The position numbers were made by a program, and so were the translations under genes. Shown piece after piece: positions 63,190-64,000 of a stretch of DNA of 64,000 bases (its first letter is position 1; the number at the start of each line of letters is the position of its first letter). Source of the DNA: an uncultured bacterium (GTDB taxonomy: Bacteria > Hydrothermota > Tepidihabitantia > Tepidihabitantales > Tepidihabitantaceae); contig CAZVDD010000013.1 of assembly GCA_964626075.1 (NCBI GenBank), positions 31,291 to 95,290 of the forward strand, read 5' to 3'. The notes beneath the pieces are model-generated. The model had not been told where the DNA came from, made no database searches, and saw nothing but the letters and a program-made list of their open reading frames with translations.

Positions 63190-64000
63190 AGAGTCGCTGT
63201 ATAGCAAGTCGTTTGCCGGCCTGATTTCCGATATCAACTTCGCAACCACCTCCCGCCGCCAATCATAATAAAGGTCGGCAATTGTAACAGTCTTTACCCC
63301 TTCTTGGTCCAGCCAATCTAAAAATTCGGCAAACTCTTTCGCCGGCCATTCGGTAAAAAATTGGGGCTGTTCCACAATCCGGTGCAGAAGGATGATTGAA
63401 ACCCGGTGGTTTTTAACATAACTCTTTGCCGCGACAAGAGAAACCTCTTTCCGCAGTTCGAATTCGGGCAACCGATAAGGGTCCAGCCAGAAGTTAACAT
63501 CGCCGGAACGCACCGCCCGGGCAGCCTGATAACCGGCACGTTTTACCAGCCGCCGCACCCTCTCGTCCATATCACCATAAGGGTAGACAAATGTAATAAC
63601 CGGAACCCCGAAAAGTGATTCAAGTATCATCCGGGACTGATAAATCTCCTGCCATGCCCGGGAACTGTCCAGCCTCGTTAGCCAAGGATGGGAAAGGGTA
63701 TGGCTTGCCACCTCAATGCCGCACGAGTCAATCATCTCCTTTATCTCACCGCGTGTCAGGTAGTAAGGACTTCCGCCGGGGTAATAGTTAACACCCTGAC
63801 CGGTAAGCGTGTTAACAATCACTGCGAGCGTGGCGGTCATCCGGTACCGTTTAAGCAAAGGGTATACCTTTTCGTAAACCGAACGGTGGCCATCATCGAT
63901 TGAAAGTACCACATAATGACCGGTCAGCGACTTTTCAACCTCGAACGTATCCTTAAATGAAGTTTCAAACTGCGGTTGTTGCCCATCACCATCAACGGTC
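63139..64000 (-). CDS. Polysaccharide deacetylase (CE4 / NodB homology domain) protein, 5'-truncated by the window edge.
   Basis: LSIDDG, HT.SHP and YPYGD motifs of CE4. The reading frame stays open to position 64000. The listed GTG start at 63912 may be internal. Confidence 0.7.
   Translation of the reverse strand, partial: TVDGDGQQPQFETSFKDTFEVEKSLTGHYVVLSIDDGHRSVYEKVYPLLKRYRMTATLAVIVNTLTGQGVNYYPGGSPYYLTRGEIKEMIDSCGIEVASHTLSHPWLTRLDSSRAWQEIYQSRMILESLFGVPVITFVYPYGDMDERVRRLVKRAGYQAARAVRSGDVNFWLDPYRLPEFELRKEVSLVAAKSYVKNHRVSIILLHRIVEQPQFFTEWPAKEFAEFLDWLDQEGVKTVTIADLYYDWRREVVAKLISEIRPANDLLYSDSLFKYVDIDATRTFQPR

Noticed and set aside
1-64000. Searched for CRISPR arrays, transposases/integrases, restriction-modification or toxin-antitoxin pairs, and rRNA.
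   Set aside because: No direct-repeat arrays, no IS or integrase-like ORFs, no defence-island signatures. The content is housekeeping plus envelope genes.

Overview
This is a 64 kb chromosomal stretch of a high-GC bacterium, roughly 58% GC by eye. No rRNA, tRNA, CRISPR array or mobile element is visible. It is densely packed with about 60 protein-coding genes, mostly housekeeping, in tightly coupled operons with 1-10 nt start/stop overlaps.

**Gene content, in order:**
- Two tandem lipoprotein paralogs and a Bacteroidetes-type ~380 aa GNAT-fold protein.
- guaA, leuS, holA and a PlsC-like acyltransferase.
- A 7.5 kb minus-strand operon: tal, tkt (fused split-type), aspC-like, dapL-like, lysC, scpB and a DUF4416 protein.
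- cvpA, a PPC/DUF296 protein, topA with near-identical tandem zinc-ribbon repeats, acpS, a HAD hydrolase, a HIT protein, an EndoQ-like PHP nuclease and a SAM-dependent methyltransferase.
- An M23 peptidase carrying a T9SS-type C-terminal sorting domain.
- An HI0933-family flavoprotein, and asnA with a histone-H1-like lysine-rich N-terminal tail.
- A glycan-type locus: pdxA, ABC-2 exporter subunits and a GT4; then a divergent small membrane protein, PrsW protease and a PD40 lipoprotein; then a GH130 and a GT4 fused to an (alpha/alpha)6 domain.
- A second Tal/FSA paralog with ribokinase, and a gamma carbonic anhydrase.
- A complete Bat aerotolerance operon: moxR, DUF58, a membrane protein, batA, a batB/C fusion, batD and batE.
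- marC, a Na+/solute symporter and pgeF/yfiH.
- A metY-like enzyme, thrC and an ApgM-like protein, the last being the TIGRFAM-proposed non-orthologous homoserine kinase.
- A secreted protein with two SagB-type nitroreductase-like domains and a T9SS-type C-terminal sorting domain.
- yebC, ruvC, ruvA and ruvB; a 3D-domain lipoprotein; and a 5'-truncated CE4 deacetylase.

**Main observations from reading the sequence:**
- A recurrent leaderless-mRNA promoter geometry appears upstream of many genes on both strands: TTGACA, 16-17 nt, TAnnAT, 6-8 nt, then ATG. A few genes instead have classical AGGAGG Shine-Dalgarno leaders.
- A candidate ~150 nt rod-shaped sRNA with its own consensus promoter and U-tail lies between asnA and pdxA.
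- Lysine-rich tails sit on AsnA (N-terminus), transketolase (C-terminus) and TopA (C-terminus).
- The GT4/ABC-2/GH130/GT4-(alpha/alpha)6 locus may be an uncharacterised envelope glycan synthesis and export system.

The T9SS-type sorting domains, Bat operon, DUF4416 protein and GNAT-like family suggest an FCB-superphylum-related, possibly candidate, lineage. The sigma70-like promoters and Shine-Dalgarno use argue against Bacteroidetes proper.
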